A program made the translations under genes and the position numbers. A DNA stretch of 64,000 nucleotides from Tricharina praecox (Eukaryota). Positions 25,963 to 38,310 of this stretch are shown piece by piece (the stretch's first letter is position 1; the number at the start of each line of letters is the position of its first letter). The notes under the pieces are model-generated. The model was not told the DNA's origin and did not search any database. It saw only the letters and a program-made list of their open reading frames with translations. The stretch lies in NCBI RefSeq assembly GCF_024521635.1, contig NW_026250449.1, positions 1-64,000 of the forward strand, read 5' to 3'.

Positions 25963-27258
25963 CAGGCCTGGAAGTCGTCCGTCCCGTCCGTCCTAGTATA
26001 TGCCCGGACGAAACAGAATTTGTCGGGCCCGGAATACCAAGGACTATAGGGCTCCTGGCAAGCCGGAGGACGATTGGGGCCCATTTGGGCCTGGAAATTT
26101 TGGCGGTAGTACTAGCCTGCGGCAGTGGCGCAGTGGCGCAGTGGTGCAGCAGGCAGGAATGACGCAAAGGAGTTGGCAGCACGGCGAGAATTAAGGAGTT
26201 GGCAGCCCGGCGAGGAATAGAGGACTATATAGGAAGTAGACGGCCAAGGAGACACCTCTGCCGGCAGATCTTACACTATATGCATGTCCGTTGCTCGCTG
26301 CTCAATCCCGTGTCCGATCGGATCCAAAATTTTCACTGGCCAAAATTTTCCGGATAGCTGGCACCGTACACTTAGGCTCCGTTCATCTCACCATTATCTC
26401 ATTATGTGGATGTGCCAAGCACGTAGCGCGACATAATGCTTTTAGCATTATGTCGCTTTATGTCGTTTCAGCGCCCAGACTTCTGGAGCACCGCCACATC
26501 TACTGAGGTGAACTATTATGTAATAGGTCCTGGAGCCTCAAATGCGATGGAAAAATGAAATGGATTACGCGTTTCCACTGGGAATCTCGCGGATTTACTC
26601 AGTCATTTCTGTTCGGTGACTGGAGTCATTCCTGTTCATTGACTACAGCCACTCCTCCCATTACTAGAGTCATTCTTTCGATGACTCTGACTGTATGAGT
26701 TGATTGACTCTGGCAATGCTTCCCGGATGACGCGTGTAATAAAAACCATTGCTTCCATAGTCTTCAGCTTCCAGAAGTTGCAAAATCTTCCGAAGAATCA
26801 AGTTTCCTGCCGAGACAGGAGTTTTTGCTGCTCTAGTTGTTGAAATATATGTACTCTCGTTGATTTTCGCGTCATGGTGGTGGTGATGGTAGTGGTTGAA
26901 GTTGTCGATGGAGACTCCCCCCCCCTTTTTTTTTGTGTGTGTGTGTATGTGGCGCAGCCCTACTTGACGCAATAGCGAGATAATGGGTTGAGATGAACAC
27001 TTGTTACCTCAAATTTTTAGTGAAATAATGGTTGTCAACTTTGTGTGGTAGCAGGATGAGATAATGGTGAGATGAACGGAGCCTCAGTAGCAGCCGCTTC
27101 CGCACTAAGAATTTGCGGGCCCCATGGGGCCCCACTCGGTCCCCTGGCTTTTTGAACCTAGGACAGACCCGAGTCGTGCGGCCAAATTCTCGTCCCAGAC
27201 GAGACAGCGCCGCTGGGCCCCAATAGTCTTCCGTCCTAACGGACTATTCCCAAGCCTG
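25963..27258 (+). mobile_element. hAT-like MITE family B copy carrying a nested insertion (no TSD)
   Basis: Ends caggcctggaagtcgtccgtc / ggactattcccaagcctg; colinear with 53855-54241. Confidence 0.8.
26375..27083. mobile_element. PIF/Harbinger-like non-autonomous element nested in MITE B
   Basis: 28-bp perfect TIR ggctccgttcatctcaccattatctcat; 3-bp flanks TTA/TCA; empty site acac-tca-gtag in the copy at about 54160. Confidence 0.85.
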
Positions 27259-28532
27259 GAGATAAGTAACGAGAAGAGAAGAGTGGATGCGGGAGTTGGC
27301 CGTTAGTAATAGTGGTAAGCGCTGCTGTCCCTCCTACATTCACAGCAGCCTGCAGGGTGGTTGTGTATCTTAAGGTCTGCGCAACTTATCACTTCTTCCG
27401 GGACACTGGGGATACTGTCAATGGGGACCGTGCCGTAGATATGGTGGGAAGAGACTGTGGAAGGTGAAAGGGCTTAGGAAGCGAGCGGCATGTATGGATG
27501 GATCTATTACTGGTGTAAAGATACGTTGGTGGGTATCACTGTAATTGTCACTCGTCAGGTTCGCCACGCATTATCAGATTGGTCACCATCTATCGCTCGC
27601 AGAGCGGGTGATAAGTCATGCGTCACCCCCGGAAATACTGGGAGAAACTAAAATGGCTCAAAGAGATAGGGAGTAATATCTGCCGCTCAACGGGAGCCAG
27701 ACTCTGTTAGTGGGATACCTACACCTACCTATATAGATTACCTAGTACGAAGCCTCGAAGTCAAACAGTCCGGCACATTCTGACCAGGCAGCAGGCCAAA
27801 CTGCCTCCTCATCTGCGAACCTGGGATACACAACCGATATACCGAACTATCGAGCTCGACCTCGAGCCTGTCCTCTCCCCCTATTCATACATAGCACCGA
27901 CTGCTCTCCTCTAGAGTCCAGAGTCTAGGGTGCCCGCCTCGGAGACTCGTCACTCGGAGGTAAGGTTTGCGCTCGACAGTGGAGATACAAACTGTAATCT
28001 GTGAATATAGGTAGGTATTTGCTGTTGGCAATCTCTTACTTACACCGGTGTATTGATGAATTAGGAATTGTTTTCGCGCGGGAGAGTGGGTCCAGTCCAT
28101 CAGGAAGCAAAAATTCCTCCAGTAGGTACTAGGTAGTCGGCTGCGGATTTACTCAGTGTCGCGATGACGATGTGTGCGATGAGAACGGTAGTACGGCTAT
28201 CCATACTACCTGCCATGTATGATGTTACGTGGGTAGTGGGTACGTCGTCAGATGCACGTTCGAACATTGTGTTTATGTATTCATTGATATCAGGTGGCCA
28301 ATCTGCATAATGGAAATATCCACCCTGTTCATACAACCCATCCGCTCTCTCAACTTTTTCGTTTCTTGACTAAACCCCTCCCTCAACTCTTCCGGAGCCT
28401 TGGCCCTTCCGTTACTCAACGGGCTCCCTCATCTCTTCCATGCCGTTGCCCATCCCTGCCCCTCCCTGCCCCGCCCCCGCAGCTGGGTCGCCAGATATCC
28501 AGTCCGGGACAACCCTGCCCTATAGTCCATAG

Positions 28533-28709
28533 CTGGACTGTAGATCAGGCGGCCAATTGACTGCCCTGGGCGGGGCCAGCGGGGCCGGTGTGCTGTCCAC
28601 GGAACTGCCGCGACGGCCCCGCTCCACAGTCCACAGGTGGACTGTAGTTCAGGCGGCCGATTGACTGCCCTGAGCGAGGCCGGCAGGGCCGGTGTACTGT
28701 CCACGGGAC
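28533..28709 (+). repeat. Two ~73-bp direct repeats
   Basis: tggactgtag.tcaggcggcc.attgactgccctg...gggccggtgt.ctgtccacgg.act at about 28533 and 28637. Confidence 0.75.
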
Positions 28710-29959
28710 TTCCAGAACTTACGGGGCTACAGGCGGTCGCGACCGAGTCCTTGACGACCTCCTGCAAGGTGCGCTTAGTGTATGAGATCAGATGGGTGCG
28801 GGCGTGCGGTTGTACCTTGGCCTTTGGGCGAGGGGGGAACTGGCGACATTTGCTGACCGCGTTCCAAACGAGTTTTGAATCGTTGGGAATGGTTGACATT
28901 TGTCGCCGGGGGTTGACGATGGTCTGTTATTGCGCATTCGTAGTCACGCGCGGTGAAGGCGGTGGGGTTATCGGCGATGGTACATACCGTCTTTCAAGAC
29001 CGACCGAGGTTTTGTTGGTGGGGTGTTGTTGAACTATTGCAAGTCAGTAATATAAACACGATGAAGGCGATGATGGTTGTCTTACGATTTGGAATGACCA
29101 AGTGGTGTTTGATATTTGTTGGCAACTTGGTTGTGAGTGAAGAGCAGAAGATAGATTCGGAAGATGAAGACGAGGAATTTATAACGGATTCGACGCCAAA
29201 CCCCTCAACACCATCAACTTAGCCCTACAGCTTACATGCGGGGCTCAACTAGGGCGGTTACCCTCTCCGTATTTGAAATTGGAATGTGTGACAAACCGGG
29301 CATGTGGGCGAGTCATACCATAACAACCACCTTAGCCTTACCGCGATTCCTTGAAATCTTGGCCTTCCTGGCCAAACTCACTGCCAATTTCGCAATAGAG
29401 GACGATGTTAACGCTGACTCGGAGCAGGATGGAGAAAAGAACCACAAAGGAGGATAAGAGGAGCAGGACGGTATTCAAAACAAGGAGGCGGAGGAGCCTT
29501 AGTTCCGAGTGAGCCTTGCTTCTTTCTGTATTCCTTCAAATTTATCGAAAATAAAAGCGTCCGCAATGACTTTGTACTATTCTTGTATCCTTTGGAGCTC
29601 GTCGTACTGTGCACGACAGGTATGTAGCCTGACCAGATACCAGTAGTTGTCGCACGCTTGAAGCGGTTCGTTAGTGATACTCGGGAGTACTATAGATTAC
29701 ACCTCCGGCGGGCGACGGCCGCGGAACGGAAAGATGCCTACAATGTTGAGTATAGGGTACATACCACACACCGTGGCATGTGTGGGGTTCATATCTCGAG
29801 GGAGGGCAACCCGGGTCGAGTTGGGGTCCAGAAGTTGGGGTATATGAGGAACTCCTGTAGATAGACTTTCCTCTTCAGAAAACACCTTTACATCTAACAA
29901 CCACCGCCGTCTCCTACAGCATGAGTGTGTACACTACTCATATACTACTACTAACACTA

Positions 29960-30404
29960 CATAAACTTTGATAGTAGCAAGCGGAGGATGGCCTTTTTTG
30001 AATGAACGAATTCATCCCTGCCACGGGCGACGGGCGTGGGCATGCTGTGGCTACTCTATCACTATAGTAGCACGGATTCGGAAGGGATCCGGCGGGCGTG
30101 CAGCTGGCCTAGACTTCTTCGCTCCCGAATCTCGATGGGTACATACAAAATCCAAACCCAACCGGCAAGGCAATGCATGCGGGCCGTTTCGCCGTATGTA
30201 GATGTCTTGTCTTGCCTCCTCCGTAAACTCATTAAAATGGTTGGATCGTGGTCGGTAGTCAATAGTTAGGCGGTAATCCTGTGCCGACACCTCGCAGATC
30301 TGTGCTTTCACGGGCCTAAAAACGCAGTCGTAAAGCTTCACAGGTGTCAGATACTACGAAGTCGTCGCTAGATCGGCGGGTCTACCTATAAAATGTGAAG
30401 CCAT
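29960..30404 (-). pseudogene. Possible decayed coding relic of unknown family
   Basis: One frame continues through several stops (MASHF...TTS*YLTPVKLYDC...IVIE*PQHAH...WQG*IRSF); no domain recognised. Confidence 0.25.
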
Positions 30405-30471
30405 GTCCGTATGTAATGGGCACGTAGTAGTACTACTCCTTCGTCGCTGTGTTAGCCCTTGGCAGAGCTCG

Positions 30472-30660
30472 AACGTGTTCATAACCGCGCGTAGAAATCG
30501 ACAGCACGGAAAAAACCCGCGTGGCTTAACGGTCACGCACCGGGCGGAGTTTGCTGGACACCGGTCCAGCTATCGGGGTTTCCAAGCCAACCCCACCAGG
30601 GGTGGTGAAGGTTTTTTTTGCTCGTTTGGCGGCCGTGGTTCGAGCCCGGGTGAGGCACAG
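30472..30660 (+). repeat. ~190-bp dispersed repeat with Pol III A/B-box-like motifs; second copy 32700-33480 is split by a MITE
   Basis: acgtgttcataaccgcgc...ggtcacgcac...gacaccggtccagct.tcggggtttccaagcca...ggggtggtgaaggttttttt...gtggttc occurs twice. Confidence 0.75.
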
Positions 30661-30779
30661 GTTTTTCACACGCCGTTGTTTTTTTGGGTTTGATTATCGT
30701 GAAATTAGGCCTTAATAGGGAACGACAGATTACAGGTCGGTTTCCACCCGACTGTCGCCGCCCTCTGGTCGCGAGCTCG

Positions 30780-31177
30780 GCTGTCTGGCAGGTGCTTAAG
30801 ATTATGCGGGAGGGAAGGCGTGGCTGATGCTAGGAGTAGCGAGCAATGGTGACCGCAGATTTGGCGGTGAGAAGCGCTTTTGTAATATCGTGATATCGAT
30901 GGTGTCGTAATATCGATGGTGTCGTAATATCGATGGTGTCGAAATATTGATGGTGATGTCAGTACGAGAGGAACAATGATGGATGGGAAAGGAAGAAAAA
31001 GCAGGATAACGGTAGGAGTGGTCAGCGTGGTTGAAGCGCTAGCGGGTGGATGAGGTTGAATGGCGTTGAGCGGGAGACTAGCCACACACAACCACCATCT
31101 CTTCTGCGTCGACGTCCGGCCCGTCGAGAATGATACATATCACATAGTGACCGGGCTTAATATCGGCACACACACAT
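30780..31177 (-). repeat. Third partial copy of the F-box 5' region (about 2690-3270)
   Basis: Shared ggcgtggctgat.ctag...gagcaatggtgac...gtaatatcgatggtg...gtggatgaggttgaatggcgttgagcgggagactag and cacacacaaccaccatctcttc. Confidence 0.8.
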
Positions 31178-31424
31178 ACAGTAGCAAAAAGTAGGGTGCG
31201 ATTGATACGGAGTGAATACCGCAATCATTTGAATACCGAAGAACTACCAGGTTTCAACTTTCGAGTTGAATACGGAAGTAGACGGTTGCAGCGACAATAA
31301 ACAGATCCAACCCTCGAGGCTGAGCTGGAAACGATCGGAGTTTTCTCTTGTGCTACCGGCACAAGTTCTTTCCCCCTTCCTCCGGGGGCCCAAGTCGGGT
31401 GAGAGCCGACTTGCTCTCGGTGGA

Positions 31425-31860
31425 TGGTCTCTCCGAAACCGGGTGACAGACGGTTTCGTTTTGACAAGGAATAACAAAACAAAGAAAGCATAACTTCCGA
31501 GTTATTCGGCGCGTATAGCCCGGTCTACTATCCACCCAGGTTATACGTGGAGGTTTTCTTCTTTTGCTGCGCGAGAGCAAAGGTCTTTCCTCCTGGCCAT
31601 GCATGTCATGTGTGAAACACATGCCACATGCGTGGCCAAGGCCCATGTCTCCGAAAACGGGCTACAGACGGTCTTGGACGAGCAAATAAATAACCAAAGA
31701 AGCATAACTTGGTCTACTACAGCCCCAAGTTATACGCGGATAACGTGGTTTACTGCCCTCCATGTTTTACGCGGAGATCGTCTTCCTTTCAGAGTAAAGG
31801 TCTTACCTCCTGGCCATGCATTAGTGAGATGCATGCGCCATTGGCCAAATGTTGTTGCTC
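31425..31860 (+). repeat. Diverged ~220-bp tandem duplication
   Basis: caaagaagcataactt, ggtctacta and aaaggtctt.cctcctggccatgcat each occur twice in the same order. Confidence 0.65.
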
Positions 31861-32825
31861 TGGCCGCTGTGCGAAGGAACGACATTTGACTTGGGGTGCC
31901 AGTCGTTACGGGGCGGGGTAGCGGTGGGCGTATGGTGGATCCTTGCCTGAGAACTAAATCTACTCCGACAGCTGGCGCATCGTTTGCTGTCGGGGACGAC
32001 GCGGTCACGATTCTTGAATGTCAATCGCTGCTCCCGTTGATACTTTCTTTTTTGGTTTATTCATTGATTCTGAGTGCGGAGTCATGAACTGATCTCATCA
32101 AGCAATTATCAAAATCCATTTTGTGTCCATTCTACCAATCATTCAAGAAGTAGTATCATGGCCAACTGTCGATGCTAACAGCTGGGAAGTGGAAGCGGAT
32201 ATGTACCTCATCTAATATGATCTACTAATATCGAATGCAATCCAATGATAATTAAACTTCACCCGTCTCCCTGGCGAAGCAAAAAAAGCCAGCAGCGCAG
32301 TCAAGGCGTGTCACGTGATGACCACTGCCGAGTGCTATCCTGTGCTCCGTAGCCACCCCCGGGGCCGGCGGGTGGCTTACAAATCTTCAAGAGCTTCAGT
32401 GAATACAAACAGTCTTCCATCCAGCCGTGTTTGAGCGAGGAGCTTTCCCTCCCTCATTTCCCCTCGCCGATTGCATGGCCTATATATAGTAGGAATATCA
32501 GGGTCAGTCAGACAGCGAAGGATGGCGAGGCCAGCACAGTGTACTATCAGTCCAATTCTGTTACAATCACCGACATAAGCTCGTTTACTAATATCCAAAA
32601 CTTTATTACTTTGTGCAATTACTGTTAACTGTAAGTTCCTTTCTTCATCGGTGGCTACGAGGCCTGCGTGGTCGCTACGCCTGCGGCTCATGTTGGCGCG
32701 ACGTGTTCATAACCGCGCATAGTAAATGTTCAGCACTGAAAATACCTCGCGTGGCCGAGTGGTCACGCACCCGGCGGAGTTAGCTAGACACCGGTCCAGC
32801 TTTCGGGGTTTCCAAGCCACCCAAC

Positions 32826-33413
32826 CAGTGTTCTACATAGACTAGACCGGTGCGCCGACCGGACGGGTCGGTCGGGATATATCTCGACCCGACCAGACCT
32901 GATTTTTTTCTGGTCGGGATATACGCCGACCGACCAGACCTAGGCTTTAGTAGGTCGGGATATATCCCGGCCAACCAGACCGTGCCAGGCTTGGTCGGCC
33001 CAGGTCGGCCGACGTCGGGATAACAGAGAAGCTGATCAGCCGCAACATTTTCTGTCATAGTCGTGCGTCCGGAATGTGTCAATGACGACCACAGCAATGC
33101 TGGAAGTGTTGGGCGTCCGAAATGTTACTATAAATGTCGCAGAAATGCTGGCAGACAACAGGAATGCTGGCAGAGGGATGGGATGATTGCGGCGACTCAG
33201 GCGGATTTGAAGGAAATTGGGGAGATGTTGGCTACCCTATGCGAGGACGATCTAGTTTAGATAGGTGATTGGAAAGGGTACAAATTTCAATGTGTATACT
33301 TTCTTAGCCCGACTTATCCCAACCGACCAGACCAAGTTTTTTTTGGTCGGGATATATCCCGACCGACCCGACCATACCCAAATTTGGTCGGGACTGGTCT
33401 ATGTAGAACACTG
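32826..33413 (+). mobile_element. hAT-like MITE family A, 588 bp
   Basis: TIRs cagtgttctacatagac / gtctatgtagaacactg; 8-bp TSD cacccaac/caccccac; empty site at about 30581-30615. Confidence 0.92.
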
Positions 33414-34461
33414 CACCCCACCGGGGGTGGTGAAGGTTTTTTTTCGTTGGGGGCTGTGGTTCAACCCACGGTTTCGGCATGGGTTAACTTAACGATGTAC
33501 TACAGCGATCACTCGCCGCGTGAGATCGCGTGCGCTCAGCTTGTACCCGGACTACTGTGATACGATCATGCGTTCGCAACGACTTGACCAAGAACTTGCC
33601 GTGAACGTAATCTTTTTTTTGCGAGAGAATAGCTTGGTTTGGGTTCCAGCTCGATTCCGTAATTGAGCAACTCTGGATTTGTGTGCTCGTAGGTTTTAGG
33701 TGCCTATGTTAGCCACGTAGGTATGATAGAGTATATACGCAAACTATGATTCGAGTGTGTAGCGGGAGTGGCCCGGGGCTCTCAGCTCTAGTGCCCTCCT
33801 CCTTCTCTCGCCTCCTCTCCGCCAGCCTTTGCAACGATAGCCCAGCGGCAGATAAGAAATAATCAGGTGCTGGGCGAAATCGAGTGACCTTGAAGGACCG
33901 CCACGTGACGATACGGAGTCCGGTCACCTAATAGCCCATGTTATCACTCGTTTTGACATAGGCTGACGAAGCAGAATATGTTTCAAAGTGGAACACCTTG
34001 ATATTAGATTCGCCCGCTGTGGTTACTACGGAATATTCTTTATCCGGTAGGGAACTGGATAAGCCAATAAACACCCTGCAATCCTCCGGCCCCACGGATA
34101 TGGAAATCGCCTGGGGCGATGCCTACCGGAGGAGCTGGAAGGGGCACCTCCTTGATACCGATAATTATTATCGTGCTCTTTGCAGGTCTTGCGATCCGGT
34201 AGTGCTGCTAAGTATGTTCCTGCTTCGCTGAAAGGTCAATGTTTCTGTTACCTCATCAAACCGATTTGCATCACAGCTATCTCACCACGTTTCAGTCGCC
34301 AGGTGGCAGTTTGTACGTTCCATCTAGGTAGGTATTCACAATCTTATCGTCGCCCGTATATACTGTTATACATATATCGAGGTAGCGCCACAGACCAGTC
34401 TGCAGCGATCCCACCCCACCCAAATCGACCCTACACCCACCACCCCCGGCTATCCACAGCC

Positions 34462-35268
34462 CTAACCTCCAATCTTCTCGACAACCCACCTCGCAGCAGC
34501 CGTGCCATAGACCGTAACATACATCAGATGTGCAAGGGTATTCAAACCCGAGTCGCAGAAGGTATCTCCAGAGTCGCAGTAAGAACGGAAGACGCTGGCG
34601 TACGACTCGCAGCTCTGGTCGCTCGTGCGAGGGAACAGCCCGCTGCCTGTCGACGTCCCCACGTGGTAGGTTTCGTCCTTGGTGTGGCGGGGGTCGCCCA
34701 TTTGCAGGACTGCTACGACTGCGGGAGGTTAGCGGGGAAGAGTGAGGAAGGGAAGGGAAGGGGGACATACCCTTCGACGTGAGACTGGAAGCCATCGGCT
34801 CGGTCTTCGCGCCGATAAGCAATCCGCCGCCGCCGCACATAGCATCGCCTGCCATCTTGTTAGTCGTCTTCCCGACCGCATCCGCATTTACTACTTACCG
34901 ATTATATGCGCCCCCTGCGAGTACCCCATGAGCACGATCTTCGCGTCTGGGCAGCTAGCCGCGTACGCCGCAAACTGCTTCTTTACCGCCGCGGTCCCCG
35001 CCTGCGAGGAGGTGTCATACGGTGACAAAAGCGCGGGGTAGTCGATTGCCTCCTGCGTCACCGTCTTGCTCGAGCTGCTAATCACTGCCGCTGCGACGCT
35101 GCCGATTACCCCATCGCCCGCCGCCTCGGTGGAAGCGCGCGCTACGAGGATGTGGATATCGCTGCAGGACGTATCTGCTCGTGATATGAGTGGTGAATGT
35201 GGCACTGCCACGGAAAGGGTCGAGAGCGCGAGGAGGAGGGGGAGGAGGGTGGGCGTGATGAGTGGCAT
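34462..35268 (-). CDS. Secreted CE5 acetylxylan esterase / cutinase-family protein (3 exons)
   Basis: Signal peptide; CSDIHILVARASTE; SCPDAKIVLMGYSQGA nucleophile motif; MGDPRH; SYCDSGDTFCDSG...HLMY. Confidence 0.93.
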
Positions 35269-37577
35269 CGTTGAGGTGGGCTAAAGGAATGAGTGAATGA
35301 CGGTTGATGAGGTGGAATGGATATGCGCGGGATCCGTCTGGTATTTGTAGCTTTCCGTGAAGCTCCCGGTCTACTAGTAATGACTGCCCAGAGATGCTGC
35401 GATGCTGAGGAGATCGCGCGGTCCATTGTTTCAACTCCACGCCCTGAACCTACCGTTCCATAGCTTTGCCGGAATTCCGTGGACTTCCTCTGGAACAAAC
35501 GGCATCCGTATGCATCGCCAGCATATTCCCCATTCCAACTTCCAACTTCTGGTATGTACCATTACCCCGCCTTAGAAAAAAAACCTAAGCCTCAACCTTG
35601 GCGCGACAGATATATTGCGCGATTACGTCCTACAGGCTACACCTCATCTATTGCACGCTCGATCGATTGCACGCGGGGTACCTGCAGGCTGCAAGGAAAA
35701 ATAAGCCTTTTCGCCCGCCAGCCCGCACCACCGGAGATGGTGCGACATCCGGTGGGCAGGGGCATCTCTCGGTAGCGGGGCCGAGACTAAGACAGAGACC
35801 AGTGGCACTTCGCCGAGGCATAATTATTGCGCTAGCGGTAAGCCGCGGCTGCGGAGGTTCACGTAGAGTGCGGATGACGACTCGCGAGCCAGAGGTCATA
35901 CATATACGGGAAATGAGGCGAATCTGACTCGCCAGTGGATGCGTATCCCGGTGTCCGAGCCGCTGGGATTTATTCCCCGCTGATGGAAAGGGCCCGATAC
36001 CTATCGTATGTACAGTATCTGCCATGATCTATACATAGTAAGGTCGAATGCAATGATGATTAGACGAAGGAAACAAATACTTCCCCGGGTAAATGTTATC
36101 CGGTGATCGGGCAGGGTGGTCTCATCATTCCTGTCTCATCTCATGGGTCACGGTGGAGTCGGGATCCGAACAGGGGTCGACTATCGGGACGGGGATCATC
36201 GGTGATGCATAATCCAACGTCACCGTAACCAACCCAACCATAACCGTAGGGTGGGGGACGAGAGATAGAGAGTGAATCACGCGTACCACGGGTGAAGGGA
36301 TGCAATCATGCAAATATAACAGTAGAGTAGATGACCGGAACGGCGGGAAGGAGCGAGACAGGATGCTACTATCGAGTCACGTTGCTGAGGTTGCGAACGT
36401 GGCCGGCATCCGGAAGAAGCGGAGCAAAGCGAATGAACGTTGCTGACATATGCTATTGCAGTTTATCTGTTTCGCCGCGATGTCATGGCATGTTCCGCAC
36501 TTCCGATTGCGAGGTACATATAGTTACATGCATATCTGCAGGCTCTTCACGGCGATACTATCTACGCCTACTAAACGATTGCAAGTGCGAGTGACGGCGT
36601 TCCTGCAACGCATCATGATGGATCACCGATGAACCCTCCATCACGAAGAACAAGAAACGCTTTCGTTCATCACGACGCAGATGGTATTAAATACAGCCGA
36701 GTGAGCCCGACTCGGCGGAAAGGCGGACGAGAGCCTCTGTCCCGACAGGAAGCCGGTACTTAGCAATAACCTTATCCAAACCCCGGGTTCCGTATTTCCG
36801 ACACGTGCCTCACGAGTCTTTCTCGCTCCCCCGACATGTCACGGGTGATGGCCGGACAGAACGTACTGGAGTCAACTGCAGTTTACTGCCGGACTGCAGG
36901 ACCCCGTTCAGCAAAACCACAAACGGGACGGATTACGCTTTTCCCCTCCAACAGGCGAAGGAGACTGGAATGTTCCGGTCCAGTCCATCCGGACCGAAAT
37001 AAAGTATGTGTTCTAGCCTGCCGGGCAAAATGGGTTTTTTATAAATAGACCGGCCCGCGGGGCAAGCGACTTGTAGAACACCGCACATAGCCAGCCCTAC
37101 TAGGTTACCAAGGGCTTGGTGGCTGTGGCTCGCGGCAGCGATACGCAAAAAAGTAACATGCGTTCACGTAGAATATAAAATTTAGTTTTATCCTACATAC
37201 TGGAGTCCATGGACATAAAGAATCAGAGCTATCGTACGGAACTACCCGCGGCTCCGCGGTTCTCCGGCGTCACCCCAGCAGCCATCACTCGGGATAGCGA
37301 GTGATGCTAGATGCTTCACCGGCAGCGACAAGCGTTAATAACGACTATCAACGGCGATTCAACTTCAGCACCAGAACCGCGTGGGTTATCTAATCTCCAC
37401 GCGAGATCTCTCCTCCTCAACTTCGTCCCCCTCTTTCTCTCCCTCTCTCTCTCTTCTTCCTACAGGTAACACAACGAATCCCACGGTCGACAACCCCCCA
37501 CCGATCAACAAATTACAATTATCTACTACAAACCGTTCGAATCAACAACCTCTACAATTTCCCCAACGCCAGATACA

Positions 37578-37904
37578 ATGGCTACCCCTACCAGCCCCAC
37601 CATCGAGACCGCCAGCCCCGCCTCTGCCTCGAACCACAAGGTCCTCGAGTTCTTCGCTTCACCAGCCGAGCTCGTGGATAGTTTGGTCGGCGTCGCAGCC
37701 GAGGCTGCCGACACCGACGATCGGATGGAGATGGACGTGGAGATTGAGATCGAGAAGGGTATCCAGATCGACATCGAGATGAACATGGAGGTGGAGATGG
37801 GGATGGAGGAGAAGATGGAGGATATGGACGAGGACGAGGACATGGGGGAGGATGAAGACGAGTATGAGGATATAGAGGCGGATTCGAACATGGGCGAGTA
37901 CTAG
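37578..37904 (+). CDS. Acidic Met-rich microprotein, unit 1 (108 aa; family stop would be at 37934)
   Basis: MATPTSPT...NHKVLEFF...LVDSLVGVAAEAAD plus an acidic tail; ACAATGGC start context. Confidence 0.6.
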   Translation: MATPTSPTIETASPASASNHKVLEFFASPAELVDSLVGVAAEAADTDDRMEMDVEIEIEKGIQIDIEMNMEVEMGMEEKMEDMDEDEDMGEDEDEYEDIEADSNMGEY

Positions 37905-38105
37905 GAGGAGGACGAGAATATGGAGGAGGCATAGGCCTGAGGGAGCGTTTTTTTCTCTTTTTTTCTCTCAATATTACCCCAAATACCCCTGTCAAACATA
38001 TCGAATCGGTTACTTGACATGTCTATAAACAGGGCGGTAGGCCTCTATATATACACCTCCGTACGTTGCCGCTAGCGGCCCCTCGTCCGGTGGCGCCGCC
38101 CCGGC

Positions 38106-38260
38106 CAATGTTCTACATAAACCAAACCGGTCGGGCCGACTGGACGGGTCGGTCGGGATATAACCCGACCCGACCAGACCTGATTTTTTTCTGCTCGGGA
38201 TATATCCCGACCGACCAGACCATACCAAATTTGGTCGGGACTGGTCTATGTAGAACACTG
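38106..38260 (+). mobile_element. hAT-like MITE family A, 155-bp deletion derivative
   Basis: TIRs caatgttctacata / tatgtagaacactg; perfect 8-bp TSD gccccggc. Confidence 0.92.
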
Positions 38261-38310
38261 GCCCCGGCGCCCCATCGGGAGCGGCACTACCCAACGGCCA
38301 CATCTCTGAA

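Noticed and set aside
27885..28899. Short minus-strand ORFs as genes
   Set aside because: No recognisable domain or consistent exon structure; possibly decayed relics.
30510..30660. Functional tRNA gene
   Set aside because: No clean cloverleaf or anticodon arm, and an internal T-run; kept only as a tRNA-like repeat.
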